From the NCBI GenBank assembly GCA_047495785.1, contig JBLDXI010000026.1:1302001-1366000 (forward strand): a DNA stretch of 64,000 bases, in the 5' to 3' direction. Positions 61,451 through 64,000 of the stretch are shown piece by piece (the first letter of the stretch is position 1; each line of letters opens with the position of its first letter). The position numbers and the translations under genes were made by a program. A model generated the notes under the pieces. It saw only the letters and a program-made list of their open reading frames with translations. It was not told the DNA's origin and did not search any database. The DNA comes from Lepidodermella squamata (Eukaryota > Animalia > Gastrotricha).

Positions 61451-64000
61451 AATAAATTAACGTAACCGCCTAAATTTGCACCAACTTATCATTTCGTAGT
61501 TCATTTTCAATCAGTTTTCGACCATCGAATGGACTATATTTTTCGCTCTGGTTGAAAACAAGCTCATTCATCACCCGGGGCGTGTAGTTAATAACAAAAT
61601 ATCCGTCAGGCGCATAATAAATGTATATAATATAATTATTGCCCTTCACATTACTGGTGAAAAGCTGTTGATTCGAGCCAGTGTATGTATCGATCACATA
61701 AATCGGCGAAACCGCTCATTAACCATATGGTGCATAAAAGCGCGCTTTCATCGCCGATTTGAAATATTATTCGCCATAAATATATTACTTATAAGCTTAT
61801 AGCAGTTCATCAGACAGATAATGATAAGTAATGATGATAGGTTAAATACGCCGGCGCCGCTCGACAGATCGCCGGCCCACACATGTTGCAGCAGTGAGAA
61901 AACGTGCTGATTTCGCCTCGGAGCGCGGTCCACAACGGGTCATTAGCAATTTTACTACTATTATCTGCCCCCATTAAAGCGATGAGAACGAACGCCCTCT
62001 ATAGCACAACATAGCATTATTTTCTTTCATGCGATTATTATATTATGAGGCCGTGGCGCGGAAGTGCGAGGGTGCGAGGGCTCCTACAGGGGCTCCGTGC
62101 AACAAACGAAACGCTGCTTTGTTTGCGCCTGACAACGCTAATGATGAACGTGGCTGAGATTGCGCGCTTTGTGTCGCGCCGCATCTGCGTAAATACGCCA
62201 GCTGGTTGTTGTGTTAAGGATGATATTTTGTTTGCGCGAGCGCTCGCAAAAAGTAGCGCATCCTCCCCTCCTCATCCTCAGGCGCAGTGTTTTTCGGTAT
62301 TATAGTATTATTATCATTTATCGTCATCATCACACACAACGCACATACACCGCACTCCCCACCACTCGCTCTTAAAGGCCGCGACTATATACTTATATTG
62401 GAAAAAGCACCGTGGCCGGCAAAATAAAAGAGCGCGCAAAATTTAGGAAGCGCACACGCGCACAAGAGGCCGAGGCACAAAACAATTGTGAGGTGAAAAG
62501 AAAACAGGCGCGTATAATGATATAGGCTGCTATTTTTACAGTGCGAAAGAAGGTGCGAGCTAAACATTTCTTCGACCCCACACGTATTTACCAGCTGATA
62601 GTTGAATAAAAAGCCCTCCGGCGTACGAAAATCGATCAACAAAAATAACCGATTTGCTGAAATTCACAACAATAGAATCACAAAAGAAAATCTCATTGTG
62701 CAAAATTAATTGAAAATCAACAGAAAAGGTGGAAAAATTCGAGGGAAATGATAACAAAGGAGCGAAAAACGCTATTCTTAATAGTTCTCAAAGGTATAGT
62801 ATATATATTGTAATAATAGCGGCGCGTTGATATGTGAAAATCCCTGGAAATAACGGAACGCCGCCGGAAAAAATCGCCATTATTCGCCGGTATAAGATCA
62901 ACCAGGCCGCAGCTATTTATATACATGTCCGATTTTTTTTCCTCGCTGCTGCTGTTGCTGCTGCTGCTCTGTACTCAATGAACATCAATAATATTATTGT
63001 CATGTTACATCCTTTGTACATCCTCGGTGTTAGCCATGCCGAAAAATGATGAGGCGGCCAGCCTGAACAGCACACTTGATTAACATTCAGCCTGAAGCGC
63101 CATATGGATGCCGGAAAAATCACGCTCTTATTTTTTGGCACTTACAAATACAAGGTAATTACCATAGGTGTACCCGCGAAAAAAATCCGCCTTAAAAACA
63201 TAAGCTCACAGGATAATACTGTCATTAACGTATATCCCACTACTTTTTCGGTCCCATTTTATGGATATAGACTCGAAGTTTAGAGCACTTCCCAGGACTT
63301 GTTGTAACGCTGTTGTGTCGCCGGGAAGCGGCAATAAAAACAAACATTACGATAATCACGAAATAACACACGCGTGTAGTGAATAGCAGCGCTAAATTCG
63401 CTTCATTTTGCAGCACGCGAGCGCGATAAAGATGAGCAAGAGCGGCATTCATTCATGATTGTAACGCACATACACAACAATCAACAAATCGATAAAAAAG
63501 CCACTGGGCAAATTGCTGTGCGATTACCTCTATTTAGCGAGCACTCTGTAAATATTGTAAAATGTAGTTGATTGAATGCTATACACATAGACAAAAGGAA
63601 GTAAGACGGTTCCGCGGCTGCTCCTGCCTGTCTTCGGGGAATAGCAAAATAATAGAGCGGAAAAGACTCTTTCAAAGCTACAAGGTTGTGGAATATACCG
63701 CGTTAATGAAGTACAAAGTCTATTTAATACTAGGCATTAGATTATAATATTCGAAAACCGGTCGTGTGTGGTATGTATGGAGATAAGGTTATCTGTATAA
63801 AAGCGGAAAACACGCTTTTATAGTAAACATTTCTGAACAAACACGTGTACATCCATTTTTGATCCGTACAAAATTGTGGACAGCCCGCGGGAACAAACCG
63901 CGAAAAATTGAAAAATAACCACTAGAGGCAAAAGAGCAAATTAGTTCATATTTATCATCAATTTTTACTTCATTGTCATCATCGTTCAATTGATACGAAA

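Noticed and set aside
61470-64000. Short ORFs upstream of EH13
   Set aside because: No recognisable domains or consistent exon structure; probably regulatory or intergenic DNA

Overview
Gene-dense eukaryotic DNA from an invertebrate animal (species not determinable), with mostly ~50-nt introns. Left part: two small secreted Cys-containing paralogs; a tight minus-strand run (56-aa smORF, SPCS2, RPS18, POFUT1, RPL5, AGMO); COPA transcribed divergently across a promoter with tandem UPRE-like sites; AURKAIP1/mS38; and a plus-strand run (GPX7-like, XPNPEP3, NDUFAF6, TSFM). Nearly every gene has a splice acceptor just upstream of its ATG, and intergenic gaps are short. This pattern suggests operons resolved by spliced-leader trans-splicing. 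Right part (25-61.5 kb): three paralogous FFAR4/GPR120-like GPCRs interleaved with or next to an array of 13 microsomal-type (EPHX1/JHEH) epoxide hydrolase loci, numbered EH1-EH13 here by position. The array includes a copy that lost its catalytic exon but stays in frame, a frameshifted copy, two copies with a Glu-to-Asp charge-relay change, and one copy with a long Thr-rich mucin-like tail. MITEs and MULE, LINE and GIY-YIG remnants are also present. The best candidate for an undescribed system is a clustered lipid/epoxide receptor plus epoxide hydrolase module. All family assignments come from motif recognition by eye; no database search was run.
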